From an uncultured virus (IMG/VR IMGVR_UViG_3300032135_000002) (lineage: Duplodnaviria; Heunggongvirae; Uroviricota; Caudoviricetes): a DNA stretch of 64,000 nt. This document shows positions 1 through 10,900 of this stretch, piece by piece (the first letter of the stretch is position 1; every line of letters begins with the position of its first letter). Location of the stretch: IMG/VR virus record IMGVR_UViG_3300032135_000002. The stretch is one strand, 5' to 3'. Under the pieces are notes generated by a model. That model did not search any database and was not told where the DNA came from. It worked only from the letters and a program-made list of their open reading frames with translations. The translations under genes were made by a program, and so were the position numbers.

Positions 1-1
1 C

Positions 2-415
2 GGTATTGAATCAGTAAGCACTACGACAGAAATTGTAATATTACAAAAACATTCACTTGCAGCAGAAAGTTTAAATTCTGAGTCAACGCTTACAGAACCA
101 ACTATGTCAGCCAGTATTTATCTACTATCTGATAGCGTAGATTCTATAAGCGAAATAACAGTACCTGTACTGTCACAAGTTCACACTTTGAATACTAATG
201 GTGTAATATCTACACCAGTTAGTGACAGCGGTATATTAGAACAGCTTCACATACTAAACGCAGTCAGTATTGAAGCACGTACCGTAGCAGCGTTGTCTGG
301 TACAATCATTCCAGATTTTAAAGTAGACGTTCAGTTAAATTTAAACGTCACCAAAAAAATATTCCATAAGTTGTATGAGAGCAGAAATATAAGCACCACT
401 TTAAATATGGACTAA
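2..415 (+). CDS. C-terminal part of a tail/fibre-type virion protein (starts before the window)
   Basis: Frame is open from base 2. About 21-aa periodic repeats (QKHSL, QVHTL, QLHIL). Lies directly upstream of structural genes. Confidence 0.55.
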   Translation, partial: GIESVSTTTEIVILQKHSLAAESLNSESTLTEPTMSASIYLLSDSVDSISEITVPVLSQVHTLNTNGVISTPVSDSGILEQLHILNAVSIEARTVAALSGTIIPDFKVDVQLNLNVTKKIFHKLYESRNISTTLNMD

Positions 416-419
416 AAAA

Positions 420-746
420 ATGAGAGAAGAAACCTTACAGGTGGGATCAATCGGAGCAAAAATAGAAGTGGTGATACAGGAGTTCGATAACGATACCAAT
501 ACCGATATACCTGCAAACCTATCTTCTGCCACAACTTTAACTGTATCGTTAAAGCGTCCAGACAACACTACAGTATCAAAAGCTGGTATCTTATCCACAG
601 ATGGCTATGATGGTAAAATGTACATAATCACAGAAGTTGATGATATTAACGTAGAAGGTACGTATTACGTCCAAAGCCACGTTATATCATCTAACTGGAA
701 TGGCTATTCGTCTATCGGCAATTTTGAAGTACACGATAATCTATAG
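420..746 (+). CDS. Small Ig-like/BppU-N-like virion protein
   Basis: Pattern PANLSSATTLTVSLKRPD...DG.DGK..Y...DDINVEGTY resembles BppU N-terminal domains. Confidence 0.5.
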   Translation: MREETLQVGSIGAKIEVVIQEFDNDTNTDIPANLSSATTLTVSLKRPDNTTVSKAGILSTDGYDGKMYIITEVDDINVEGTYYVQSHVISSNWNGYSSIGNFEVHDNL

Positions 747-755
747 GGCTCAGTA

Positions 756-2726
756 ATGAATGACGAATCTAAAAAATTGAGCAAACAAGATCTTTTAAAA
801 GCTTTCAAAGCCGATATATCATCTGCCGACAGTTTGCGTCTGGAGGTTGTAGCCAGCATTGAAAAGTGGAGAAAAGAGTATAACGGAGAACCTTATGGAA
901 ATGAGCAGAAGGGAAAATCAAGCCTGGTTTCCAGGGACATAAAACGTCAGGATGAATGGCAACATGCCAGTGTAAAAGATCCTTTCGTATCTACTGCTGA
1001 CATTGTTAAATGCAACCCTGTCACTTTTGAAGATCGTGCAGCTGCTGAGCAAAATCAGATTATTCTGAATAACCAGTTTGCCAGACAGTTTCCAAGGTAC
1101 CAGTTTATAACAGACGTAATAAAGCTCCACTATTCAGAAGGCACGGTAGTAGTTAAGACAGGTTGGAATTACGAAGACGAAAAAGAAAAAGTTATGATGC
1201 CTATTATGGGACTAGTAGATGGTATTCCTCAGCAAGTAGGTGAGCAGGAAATAGAACAGATTAAAATACTGGTCAATCAGCCTGATGCAACTATTTGCCG
1301 ATTAGAAGACATCTACATTGACCCAACATGCTTCGGTGATCTGAAAAAAGCCAACTTCGTATCTCACAGATTTGAATCGGACATGAGTACCCTCCGCAAA
1401 GCAGGCAAGTACAAAAACTTGAAGAAGCTTGCCATGTCCATGTTGGAAGGTGAAAGCCCTGACTACGATCCTGAAGATGATACAGAGTTCAGATTCCAAG
1501 ACGTTGCACGTAAAAAAGTTTTGGTTTATGAATACTGGGGTGTTTACGATATTGAAAATACCGGTATTGCTGAACCTATTGTAGCAACCTGGGTTGGCGA
1601 TACACTTATCCAGCTTGAATCTAATCCAATGCCGGGTCAGGGTTTGCCTTTTCTTTTACTGAAAAACAATCCAACACCTTTTAAAATTCATGGCGAAGCC
1701 AGTGTAGAGCTTATAAGCGATAACCAGAAGATCACCACAGCCATTAAGCGTGGAATCCTGGATAACATGGCAGGTTCTAACAACGCTCAGAAGGGCGTTC
1801 GTAAAGGTGCTTTAGACACGAGAAATATGAAGCGGTTTCTTAATGGTAGTAATTTTGAGTACAACGGCGCTCAAAACGATTTTTATGAAGGAAGCTATAA
1901 CCAAATACCGAACAGCGTTTTTAGCGTTCTTGAAATGGTTAACAACGAATCTGAAAGCATGTTAGGCATTAAAGCCTTTAGTGGTGGCATTAGCGGAGCT
2001 GGCTTGGGAAGCACTGCTACATCAGCTCGGGGAGCCCTAGATGCAGTATCCGTCAGGCGTTTGGATATCGTTAGAAACATTGCTGAAAATCTAATTAAGC
2101 CATTGATGCGAAAATGGATGGAGTACAACTCTGAATTTCTAAAAGAAGAAGAAGTTGTACGAATGACTAACGATGAGTTTGTACCTATCAAACGTGATGA
2201 TTTAAAAGGTTTGGTAGATATTGAAATTGAAGTAAGCACAGCTGAGGACAATTCTGCAAAAGGCCAAGAGCTTTCTTTCTTGCTTCAAACACTTGGGCAA
2301 GGCATGGATACAGGCATGAAGAACTTACTTATGTCTCAAATTGCCAAGTTGCACAAAATGCCTGATCTTGCTAAACAGCTTGAAGAGTATCAGCCACAAC
2401 CTGATCCTTATATTGAGAAAATGAAAGAACTTGAAATGCAGAAGCTTATCTCTGAGATTGAAGAGCGTAATTCACGAGCTAGAGAAAATGCTGTAGATAT
2501 TCAAGTTAAATCAGCCAAGGCATTACTTGATCAAGCTAAAGCTGGAAACATACAATCTGATACAGATCTTAAAGATTTGGATTTTACACGTACAGCTGAC
2601 GGCAAAGTATTCCAGGAAGAAATGCAGAAAAAAGATCATGACAGAACCAGCTCTTTAGCTGGAAAACAATCTGATCGTGAATCTAAAAGAGAAATAGAAT
2701 ACGTAAAGCAGTTGACCAAGCAGTAA
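756..2726 (+). CDS. Portal protein (N4 gp59-like)
   Basis: 656 aa. Motifs GKSSLVSRDIKRQDEWQHASVKDPF, PVTFEDRAAAEQN and GIKAFSGGISG resemble N4-type portals. Position fits N4 order. Confidence 0.9.
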   Translation: MNDESKKLSKQDLLKAFKADISSADSLRLEVVASIEKWRKEYNGEPYGNEQKGKSSLVSRDIKRQDEWQHASVKDPFVSTADIVKCNPVTFEDRAAAEQNQIILNNQFARQFPRYQFITDVIKLHYSEGTVVVKTGWNYEDEKEKVMMPIMGLVDGIPQQVGEQEIEQIKILVNQPDATICRLEDIYIDPTCFGDLKKANFVSHRFESDMSTLRKAGKYKNLKKLAMSMLEGESPDYDPEDDTEFRFQDVARKKVLVYEYWGVYDIENTGIAEPIVATWVGDTLIQLESNPMPGQGLPFLLLKNNPTPFKIHGEASVELISDNQKITTAIKRGILDNMAGSNNAQKGVRKGALDTRNMKRFLNGSNFEYNGAQNDFYEGSYNQIPNSVFSVLEMVNNESESMLGIKAFSGGISGAGLGSTATSARGALDAVSVRRLDIVRNIAENLIKPLMRKWMEYNSEFLKEEEVVRMTNDEFVPIKRDDLKGLVDIEIEVSTAEDNSAKGQELSFLLQTLGQGMDTGMKNLLMSQIAKLHKMPDLAKQLEEYQPQPDPYIEKMKELEMQKLISEIEERNSRARENAVDIQVKSAKALLDQAKAGNIQSDTDLKDLDFTRTADGKVFQEEMQKKDHDRTSSLAGKQSDRESKREIEYVKQLTKQ

Positions 2727-2739
2727 TCATTGCTATAAC
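2712..2739 (+). promoter_or_regulatory. Possible sigma70-type late promoter
   Basis: TTGACC-N16-TATAAC, with TG immediately upstream of the -10 (extended -10), ahead of the scaffold/capsid genes. Confidence 0.35.
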
Positions 2740-2789
2740 ATTAAATTCGTTGAAAAACTTATAAACATTAAAATTAACAGGACTCATAA

Positions 2790-3140
2790 ATGAGCAACCA
2801 AAACGAAAGTGTAGAATTGGAAACAACTGAAATTGAACATTACGTTGATATGGGACAAGCTCTTAACCGTTTAAAAGATAACTCAGATTTTAAAAAAGTT
2901 ATTCTTGAAGGTTATTTTAAAGATAAGGCTTTAGATTCTGTAAGCCTTTTATCTATGCCTGTAATTAAAAAGCGCGGTGAGCGTGGGGATGTTATGGAAG
3001 ACTTGGTTGCTATTAGTAACCTTCAGTTCTTCTTTATGACTATTGATCAAATGCACCGTGCTGCAATAGAGCCAATCCTTAGTGACTCTGAAGAAGCTGA
3101 GCTTGCTGCTCAAGAAGCATCAGAAAATGGAGTTCACTAA
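2790..3140 (+). CDS. N4 gp58-like protein
   Basis: MGQALNRLKDNSDFKKVILEGYF motif. Lies between the portal and the gp57-like gene. Confidence 0.7.
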   Translation: MSNQNESVELETTEIEHYVDMGQALNRLKDNSDFKKVILEGYFKDKALDSVSLLSMPVIKKRGERGDVMEDLVAISNLQFFFMTIDQMHRAAIEPILSDSEEAELAAQEASENGVH

Positions 3141-4285
3141 TGGTTCAGCCAACCGTCACTGAAGAAGATGTTTTCAATGACGACAAAGATCCCATTGAAG
3201 CTATTTACGAAATTCGTCGAAATTCTAAAGACAGCACTGAAGAAAACATGGAAAGCCTGCAGGAATCCGTGCAGGAAGCCAGTGACAAAAGCGGTGTTGA
3301 AGATGAACTAGCTGACGAAATTCCGGAGCCTGGAGAATCTGAAAAAGCAGAAGAAGGCACAGTAGATAAAGAATCTTCGGATAGTGAAAAAGTTTTCGAT
3401 GACAGTAAAACGAAATCTGATTCTGACGCTGAAGGTGGTGATAAATCTGAAGATGGTGAAGCAGAAGACAAAGCCGTAAGTTCAAAAGTACGAAAGTACA
3501 GTGCTGACGGCAAAGAATACGAGTTCACTGAAGACGAAATTTTTGATCAGTTTGGAACCGTATTTGGCAAAGCGATGAATTACACTCAGAAAATGCAGAA
3601 GATCGCTCCGTATCGGAAAATGATCTCTGCAATGGAAGAGGAAGGCATCACAGAAAGCCAATTCAATACTGCAATTGATGCTCTAAAAGGCAACAAAGAC
3701 GCAATTCAAAGTTTGATGAAGACCCACAATATCGACCCACTGGATATTGACGGGGATTCTGCAACAGAAGACTACAGCCCTACCCAGTACGGAAAATCGG
3801 AATATCAGCAGAGAATTGAAGAAGTAACCAGCAAAATTAGCTCTGATCCTGAGTACGTGACAACTGTAGACGTTATTCAAAATAAGTGGGATTCGGCCTC
3901 TCGAAGTGAGTTCTCGAAAAATCCTGATATGATTTCAGGACTTCATAACGATATTAAGAGCGGCCTTTACGAAAAAGTTATGCCCGTAGCAGCAAAAATG
4001 AAAGTGCTAGATGGAAATTCCAAGTCAGACATTGAATACTACATGCTTGCAGGTCAGCAAGTTAGCCAGGCGGAAAACTCTGCAAAGAGTTCTGTCGATG
4101 AAGCTAACAGTCAGACACAAGAAATGGTGGACAAGTCTGGTCAGGCATCATCAGAAGCTCAAAGAAAACGTGCAGCTGCATCTACTCGGACACGCGCTGA
4201 TAAAAAAGGCGTTACCGATTACCTTGAAGATGACAACGATGAGCATTTCGACGATTGGTACAAAAAACTGATGTCGAAAAACTGA
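3140..4285 (+). CDS. N4 gp57-like protein (putative scaffold)
   Basis: Acidic low-complexity N-terminus, NYTQKMQKIAPYRK motif, immediately upstream of the capsid gene. Confidence 0.7.
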   Translation: MVQPTVTEEDVFNDDKDPIEAIYEIRRNSKDSTEENMESLQESVQEASDKSGVEDELADEIPEPGESEKAEEGTVDKESSDSEKVFDDSKTKSDSDAEGGDKSEDGEAEDKAVSSKVRKYSADGKEYEFTEDEIFDQFGTVFGKAMNYTQKMQKIAPYRKMISAMEEEGITESQFNTAIDALKGNKDAIQSLMKTHNIDPLDIDGDSATEDYSPTQYGKSEYQQRIEEVTSKISSDPEYVTTVDVIQNKWDSASRSEFSKNPDMISGLHNDIKSGLYEKVMPVAAKMKVLDGNSKSDIEYYMLAGQQVSQAENSAKSSVDEANSQTQEMVDKSGQASSEAQRKRAAASTRTRADKKGVTDYLEDDNDEHFDDWYKKLMSKN

Positions 4286-4296
4286 GGAATTAAACG

Positions 4297-5559
4297 ATGG
4301 CTGACAATGTTTACGGTGGACCTTCCGGTGCGAGTACGCACGGACAGAACACTATTATTCACTATTACGACAAAGCTGGTGTAAAAGCCGCTAACGCCCA
4401 GGCTGTGTACGCACAGTTTTCCGACCGACGTTCTATGCCGCTTAAGCGTGGTATGACGTACAAGGTCTCCAAATGGTTGCACATCTATGACCGTGAAGTA
4501 ACTGATGGTGACTTTGCCACCAAAGGCTACCTGACCGCCCGTAACATCGCTGATGTTTCTGAAGGTCTCACTGCCACTGATGGTACAGGCGCATCATTGA
4601 CTGAAGGCTCTGGAGCAACCAACAAACGCTCAATTAAGAAAGTAACTATCGATACTACTTTCTCTCGCTACGGTGAAATGATCGATTACACCGACGAAGT
4701 TGAAATGTTTGCTGAAGACATGGTTCAGGTTCATTACCGCGAAGAGTTGGGTAAACTGGCTAACATGCGAGCTGAAGATTTGATTCAGTTGGACATGCTG
4801 GCAACCACCACTGTTATGTACGCAGGTCTTGGTACTTCTCTGTCCACTGTTGCTGATGAAGTAACAGCGGTTGATGACACTGATGACTTCCTGGCTCAAA
4901 TCAACTACGACCTCATCCGTAAGGGTGTCCGTAAGCTGGTTCGTAACCGTGCTGAAAAGAACACAAGCATTGTCTCAGGTTCCACTAAAATTGATACTCG
5001 AACGGTCAACAAGGCGTTCTACGCCATTGTCGGTCCGGAAGTGAAGTTTGACCTGGAAAATGTTATTCGTGGAACCGTAGCTGAAAATGGTACCACTGAA
5101 TTTGCCTACGTTCCGGCGTACAAATACAGTGCTGCTACTAACCTGGCTGAAGGCGAAGTTGGCGCAATGGGTGATGTGCGCTTCATCGAGTCTGAGACTG
5201 CTGTTGTGTACCGTGGTGCTGGTGCTGCTGTACCTGTTGGATACGCTGGTAGCTTGTCTACTACTGTTCTGGATGCAACCTCTGCAGCTTCAATGAACGC
5301 CTTTACCGGAACTTCGGATTACGCCAACACTGAAGAGCGTTTTGACGTATTCCCCATCCTGTTCCCGACTAAAGGTGCTTTTGCAACTGTAGGTCTGAAA
5401 GGTCATGGCAAGATCAAGTTCAATTCTCAAGCACCATCGAAAATTGCTCTTGACAACCCATTCGGCACTGTAGGCTTCTTCAGCTACAACATGTGGTATG
5501 CAGGTATCATTCTGCGTGAAGAACGCCTCATGAAGATGATGGTAGCCGCTTCTCAGTAA
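4297..5559 (+). CDS. Major capsid protein (N4 gp56 family)
   Basis: Motifs GSTKIDTRTV, GEVGAMGDVRFI, FDVFPILF and PFGTVGFFSYNMWYAGIILREERL follow N4 gp56. Confidence 0.93.
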   Translation: MADNVYGGPSGASTHGQNTIIHYYDKAGVKAANAQAVYAQFSDRRSMPLKRGMTYKVSKWLHIYDREVTDGDFATKGYLTARNIADVSEGLTATDGTGASLTEGSGATNKRSIKKVTIDTTFSRYGEMIDYTDEVEMFAEDMVQVHYREELGKLANMRAEDLIQLDMLATTTVMYAGLGTSLSTVADEVTAVDDTDDFLAQINYDLIRKGVRKLVRNRAEKNTSIVSGSTKIDTRTVNKAFYAIVGPEVKFDLENVIRGTVAENGTTEFAYVPAYKYSAATNLAEGEVGAMGDVRFIESETAVVYRGAGAAVPVGYAGSLSTTVLDATSAASMNAFTGTSDYANTEERFDVFPILFPTKGAFATVGLKGHGKIKFNSQAPSKIALDNPFGTVGFFSYNMWYAGIILREERLMKMMVAASQ

Positions 5560-5585
5560 TTGAGCAGTAGTCTGCTACAGCAGTG

Positions 5586-5611
5586 ATGGACACCTCTTCG
5601 GGGGTGTCCAT
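5586..5611 (+). terminator. Hairpin after the capsid gene (terminator or mRNA stabiliser)
   Basis: ATGGACACCTC-TTCG-GGGGTGTCCAT with a cUUCGg loop; the U-tract is weak. Confidence 0.6.
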
Positions 5612-5643
5612 ATTAACCGTTAAACAACCTTTCAGGATTTAAT

Positions 5644-6261
5644 ATGTCTGACCGCGATGAACTGATTAAACAAGCCGAAAAACTAGGTCTGGATTTCCCA
5701 AAGAATATCCCAAGTGAAAAGCTATCCAAGTTGGTAGATGCTGCTTTGGAAGAAGGCCATGATGAAAACCAAAATTTGAATGACGACGAGCTTACAGAAG
5801 AAGAAATGAAATTTGAAGAAAGTGAAAAGGCTGCTAAAGAAAAAGCTGCTAAAGAAGAAGCTCAAGCAGTAGCAGAACTTCAAGAATCCATGAAGAAAAC
5901 TGAGATCAGCAACAGCGACCGTATGCCATCCAAAAGAATGCTAATGCGCCGAAAAATTGCAGAAGCTCGTAAAAAAGCATTCAAGACTCACATTGTCACA
6001 CTGACCAACAAAGACAGTCGTGAAAATGACGTGATGACAACCGTTCAGTTGAGCTTTGAAAACCAACATTTCGGCCTATCAAAAATTGTTCCTCTTGATG
6101 TGCCTGTAGAGCTTGAAAAGGCTCTTATTGATATCGCAGAAAGTACTCGGATTACTCTGCACAAAGACGAAATTGTTTCTGGCAAACGTACAGGAAACAA
6201 GGTTCCTGTATCTGTAAAGAAGTTTGCTATAAGCTACGCTCGTCAACAAACTGGAGAGTAA
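5644..6261 (+). CDS. N4 gp55-like protein
   Basis: N-terminal LIKQAEKLGLDFPKNIPSEKL; follows the capsid gene as in N4. Confidence 0.65.
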   Translation: MSDRDELIKQAEKLGLDFPKNIPSEKLSKLVDAALEEGHDENQNLNDDELTEEEMKFEESEKAAKEKAAKEEAQAVAELQESMKKTEISNSDRMPSKRMLMRRKIAEARKKAFKTHIVTLTNKDSRENDVMTTVQLSFENQHFGLSKIVPLDVPVELEKALIDIAESTRITLHKDEIVSGKRTGNKVPVSVKKFAISYARQQTGE

Positions 6262-6267
6262 CCGCCT

Positions 6268-6963
6268 GTGTACCTATTAGGGAAAGCTACGACGATTGAA
6301 TGGGAAATACTGGCAACAGTATCCCCTCCTATTCTTGGGGATCTTGATCTTCTAATCATTGACCCTAATGGAAGCACCTCTTATACAGAGAGTGCTATAG
6401 CTGCCCAGGACTATACGCCTCCAACGGCTAACACTAACGGTACTGTAAAATACGTCATAACGCCCTCACTGGAGGGGTTTTGGCGTATCCGTTTAGTTTC
6501 AGGAACAGCAAACCAATACACCATTCTTTCTAAGGTAGAGATGTACGTGTTTGACAACACGACCGTAACATCCCCTTATTCGGACGACATAGGCAAGCCA
6601 GCACCGTATGACATCAGCTACTACCTGCAAGGCTATGTAGTCCCTGGTGAACTCTACGGCAGCTTCGTAGCTTCGAGATCCATAAGCCTTGCTATGAATG
6701 CTCCAGGTTCCAGAGCAGTATGTGAAGATACTGCACAATTCTTTGATTTAACGCTCTCCATCAGAAAAGATAACATTGAAATTGGCACAATTGTGTTTGC
6801 TACTGAGTCTTATACAGGGGTGATAACTATAGACCCTACACTTATTGTTCCAGGTGACAAACTTCAAATATTTGTAGGCGTTGGAACAGCTGACGCACGT
6901 ATTAGAGACATAGCCGTAAACTTGGTAGGATGTTGCATAATCGTCCCTTGCACAGTGTTGTGA
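6268..6963 (+). CDS. Putative virion structural protein (Ig-like N-domain)
   Basis: Beta-rich; the N-terminal domain aligns by eye with ORF 11594..11935. Confidence 0.55.
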   Translation: MYLLGKATTIEWEILATVSPPILGDLDLLIIDPNGSTSYTESAIAAQDYTPPTANTNGTVKYVITPSLEGFWRIRLVSGTANQYTILSKVEMYVFDNTTVTSPYSDDIGKPAPYDISYYLQGYVVPGELYGSFVASRSISLAMNAPGSRAVCEDTAQFFDLTLSIRKDNIEIGTIVFATESYTGVITIDPTLIVPGDKLQIFVGVGTADARIRDIAVNLVGCCIIVPCTVL

Positions 6964-6964
6964 T

Positions 6965-7972
6965 ATGCCACTATACGTCGGAACTGCCCAAAAACGTAGA
7001 AGAGTAAAACTTCTTACTGCAGGAAAAGACACTTTTAATTTAACCAACGTGGTTGGCAACACGGTAAACATAGAAGCTATTTTAAATGACGTAACCAATC
7101 TGAGAAACGTAAAAATTGAGTGGGTACAAACTGCAGGTGAGATAACAAATCTCTCTTCTACCGATACGTTAAAAACATCTTACGTAGACGGTGACAGCAG
7201 TGACAAGACTTACAGAGTTTACTTGGATAGAGACACAAACAGAGAACAAACAGAAGACATAACTTTTTATAAAACACCTACTTCTATACAGAAAAGTGTT
7301 AACGGCGTTTCTTCAAAAATAGGCTTCATACCGCAAACAATACCAAATTTAAGATTTGAAACAGGTACAACACTTCCTCCTGTTCAAGGAATATTTATAC
7401 CAGATATAGCTATTGAGTCAGGCTACGGAATATCTTTTGATCCTACTTCTATTTCTGGTTTAGCTGGAAATGCTACAAAAATTCAATTGTGGGGAGCTGT
7501 AGGTGTAATAAGCTACGTTCATCCAGAACTTATTACAGAAGAGTTTGTTGTAGATGGTGTTATACCTACTTTTTTTGTTGTTCCTGAAGGGTCTTATAGC
7601 GTAGAAATAGAGTACGAAAATGGAAGAACCAAAAGCTACAGGTCTCCAACTATATTTATGGAGCCTGCAGGCATCTCTGTTAAAACTTCAGGCACTGATG
7701 ATGTACTGCTCATTAGCAAAAGTGGAACTTCTTTAAAAGCTTATGACTTAAAAAGATTTACCTTCGCAAAATCGGAAAGTACAACTATCTACAATATTTC
7801 TAGTGGAACTTCATTAAAAACTAATAACCTTGTACGGTACGAAAATATTAGTTTTAACTCTGATGAAGATCCTGCTTTTGACAACACAAGTTTGTTTACA
7901 AACAAATCCGGTACGGGTATTAAGTTATATAACTTGGTAAGGCTTAACCCCTCGAATGTAGGTAGCACCTAA
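6965..7972 (+). CDS. Putative virion structural protein (PKD/Ig-like)
   Basis: IEWVQTAGEITNLSS is PKD-like; short C-terminal repeats (SGTSLK..L.R). Confidence 0.5.
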   Translation: MPLYVGTAQKRRRVKLLTAGKDTFNLTNVVGNTVNIEAILNDVTNLRNVKIEWVQTAGEITNLSSTDTLKTSYVDGDSSDKTYRVYLDRDTNREQTEDITFYKTPTSIQKSVNGVSSKIGFIPQTIPNLRFETGTTLPPVQGIFIPDIAIESGYGISFDPTSISGLAGNATKIQLWGAVGVISYVHPELITEEFVVDGVIPTFFVVPEGSYSVEIEYENGRTKSYRSPTIFMEPAGISVKTSGTDDVLLISKSGTSLKAYDLKRFTFAKSESTTIYNISSGTSLKTNNLVRYENISFNSDEDPAFDNTSLFTNKSGTGIKLYNLVRLNPSNVGST

Positions 7973-10900
7973 TGAAAATGAAAGGCGACATTGTTGCAGT
8001 TTTAAGAAATATTGAAACTGGAGAAATAACAAAAACTGTTGAGTCTGAAAATCATATTCAAGATGAATTTTTAAGGTATCTTGTAGAAAATAACAGTCAA
8101 AACGATTTTTATGATGAGATTTTTATCAGTCCTGTAAATATAGGTCGTCAAACTACTGGCTGGACAGATAGAAAAATAACTCAAGCAAGGTCTGGAGTAG
8201 GTATAGTAGGAGTTCCAGCAGTAGAAAATACTGTAGATATTATTCCTAATGTTAATCTAAGACAGATAGCAAAAAGATTTGTTCCACCATCAGTAGATAC
8301 AGAAATAAACACAATAGGTGTTTGTTTAAACACAAACTATGGTGAAGCAAACTCTCCTTGTGCAGTTGTATGGTTAAGTGAAACTCTTATACAAACTCCG
8401 TTAGAAACTTTGGACGTATACTACAGGCTGCAAGCCGTTAAATCCCCAAAATTGCCAAGAGGTTCAAAAGGAATTTTAGACGTTTCTTTTAGTCCTCATG
8501 AAGAAAGGTGTATAGCCAATAGCTTAATAGATTTTTATGAAGCTACTAATATATATTGGCATTACCCAGTTAGTAACAGGGCATACCCAACACGTTCTGC
8601 GTTTAGTAAACTAAATTTTAGAGAGTTTGATACATACCAAGCCTCTAGTATGTATTGTGATGAGACTAATGCTAACAGCTATGGATCATGGAGCAGTACG
8701 TACTACAAAAGTTGGTATGGACTTACTCTTGTACCTGCAGAAAACGTAGGCTATGTTATTACTTGGATGGCTCCCCACTATTACAATTTTCTTAATCAAA
8801 GAATAAAAAGTTTAGACGGGTCTCCAGTACAAGGAATTTTTGGTCACAGAAGTACTTCTACTGGACCTTTCTACAGTCCTACAGATAGTCAGCTTGGTCT
8901 TGGATCTATAAACGTAAACGGTGATAACTGGACTGATCCTGATGTACCGGAATTTTATCAAATAGATATTGTTACTTCTGGTGTAATAGGAGTAAGCGAA
9001 TACAAATTTGTTCAGCAAAAAACATTAGGATTTAGTGGAAATAGTTTTGGGTGGGTAGGAGAAACACTTCCTTTTACCTCTCAGCTTAATTCTCACATAA
9101 CAGACGGCTTTCCTATATGCAGAGATGACTATTCAATTCCAGGACCATACTCATATCAGTTTCTTGGTGCGGGAGATAATTACGATTCTTCTGCTATGAG
9201 CGTAGCTTTCGAGTATGAACCTGGCACAACAAAAGTCATGTTTGTATGGGTAGACTCTTTTTGCATAACTGAAATTTTGACAGGTGAAACTCAAGCATTC
9301 GACAACACCAAAGTTTATGATGGAAAAGTAATTCCTACTTTCTTGCCTACTGATATTAGGCAAAGGTGTGTTACTTCTGGCAAAGAAATCTATATTGCTT
9401 GTGGTAACACAGGTCTTTATAAGTTTAACGCTGCCTTAGATACTCTTACGGTAATCGATTCTAATGTCTCTTCACTGGTTGGAACCACCGGCTGTTATGG
9501 AGTATGTGAAGGCAATGCAGGAAGAATTTGGGCATTCTTCGGACATACTACAACACCTGATATTTACTATTCAGATGATGATGGATTGACTTGGGTAGGT
9601 GCAGGTTTTAATGACGTTACTCTAACAACTACTCCTGAATTGGTAGTAGGTCTGCAGGCAGATAAAAACGCAGCAGGAGGCCAGCTGGCTGTTATTCACT
9701 ACAATGAAATTTGGAATGGTACAGACCAAGACGTTCTTCATACTTGGTGGAACCAGGCTACTGCTACCGCTACGCCTGTAGGCAGTGTACTGAGAAGAAA
9801 AGACGTATCTCAAATGCAGAATTGCCACTGGGGGTACTACTTAACTGACCACAACTACTATTTTGCAGATGCTTTAGTTTGCTCACCTAACCAAAGTCAG
9901 TGGAATTGCATAAGTGCAGGAGATCTTGACGGAAGGCCTGTTAACTACCCATTTGAAGGAGTGGGTTTTAGCAACGTTTCTGGTTCAGCCCAAAATAAAT
10001 GTTTACATACTAATTATGTAATAGATAAAGATGGAGATGACGCAATATTTTATGTTGCTAATTCAGACCAAAATGGTGGAGATCCTTCAGGATCAGGTCT
10101 TATTTCTTGTTCTATCCTAGTAAAAGCAGATCATTCAGCGGTAGAAACATGCCCTATGCCTAGTGGTCTTGGTGATGGTGAGCTGTATTTAAGAGATGGT
10201 CTATGTCTTTACAGATCGTATAATACTGATACTTGGGCATCCAATACGGATATTGTTAGAGGTATTAACCTTAACCATTGGAATATGATTTCAGTGGCTC
10301 CCAGAAGAATACAAGAAAGAGACTATTCTCTATATCCTGGAATTTGTCACTTAACACTTCCTGAATATGGTTGGGATGGCATTCAGTGGGTTAAAGGACA
10401 CCATGGAGCTAAACCTACTCATGCTGGTTTAGAAGAAATAATTGAAGGGATTACAGTAAGCTTTGATGACAAAGCTGGAGTATCACCTTTGCTCGACAGC
10501 GATCACTACACATTTACTATGGTAGATGGCGTATTTCTGGACGGCTCAACATCGTTTAATGCGGAATGGACTAGATACATAAAAGAAGTAGAGGTTGTTA
10601 CGGATATTGAATCAGCAACTCTCCCAGCAGATCTTAAAGTATCTAATGCCTTTACAACTTTTATCCCGCAAGATGATGCAGATTTTGTTGATAAATCAAA
10701 CATGAATACTGACGCTCTTGCAGGAAAGGTACTTGGAACAGGTAATGGTTTAACTGGTAACTACACCGGTCGTATAAGGTCTGCTGCTCCTGTACTCAGT
10801 GGAAGTGCAGTTTCCTTTCTTCCTAATAACACAATTTTTGGAGATTACAGTAATGTTCAGGGAGCTTTTCAGTTTACTATTTATAGCGACGGTAGATACC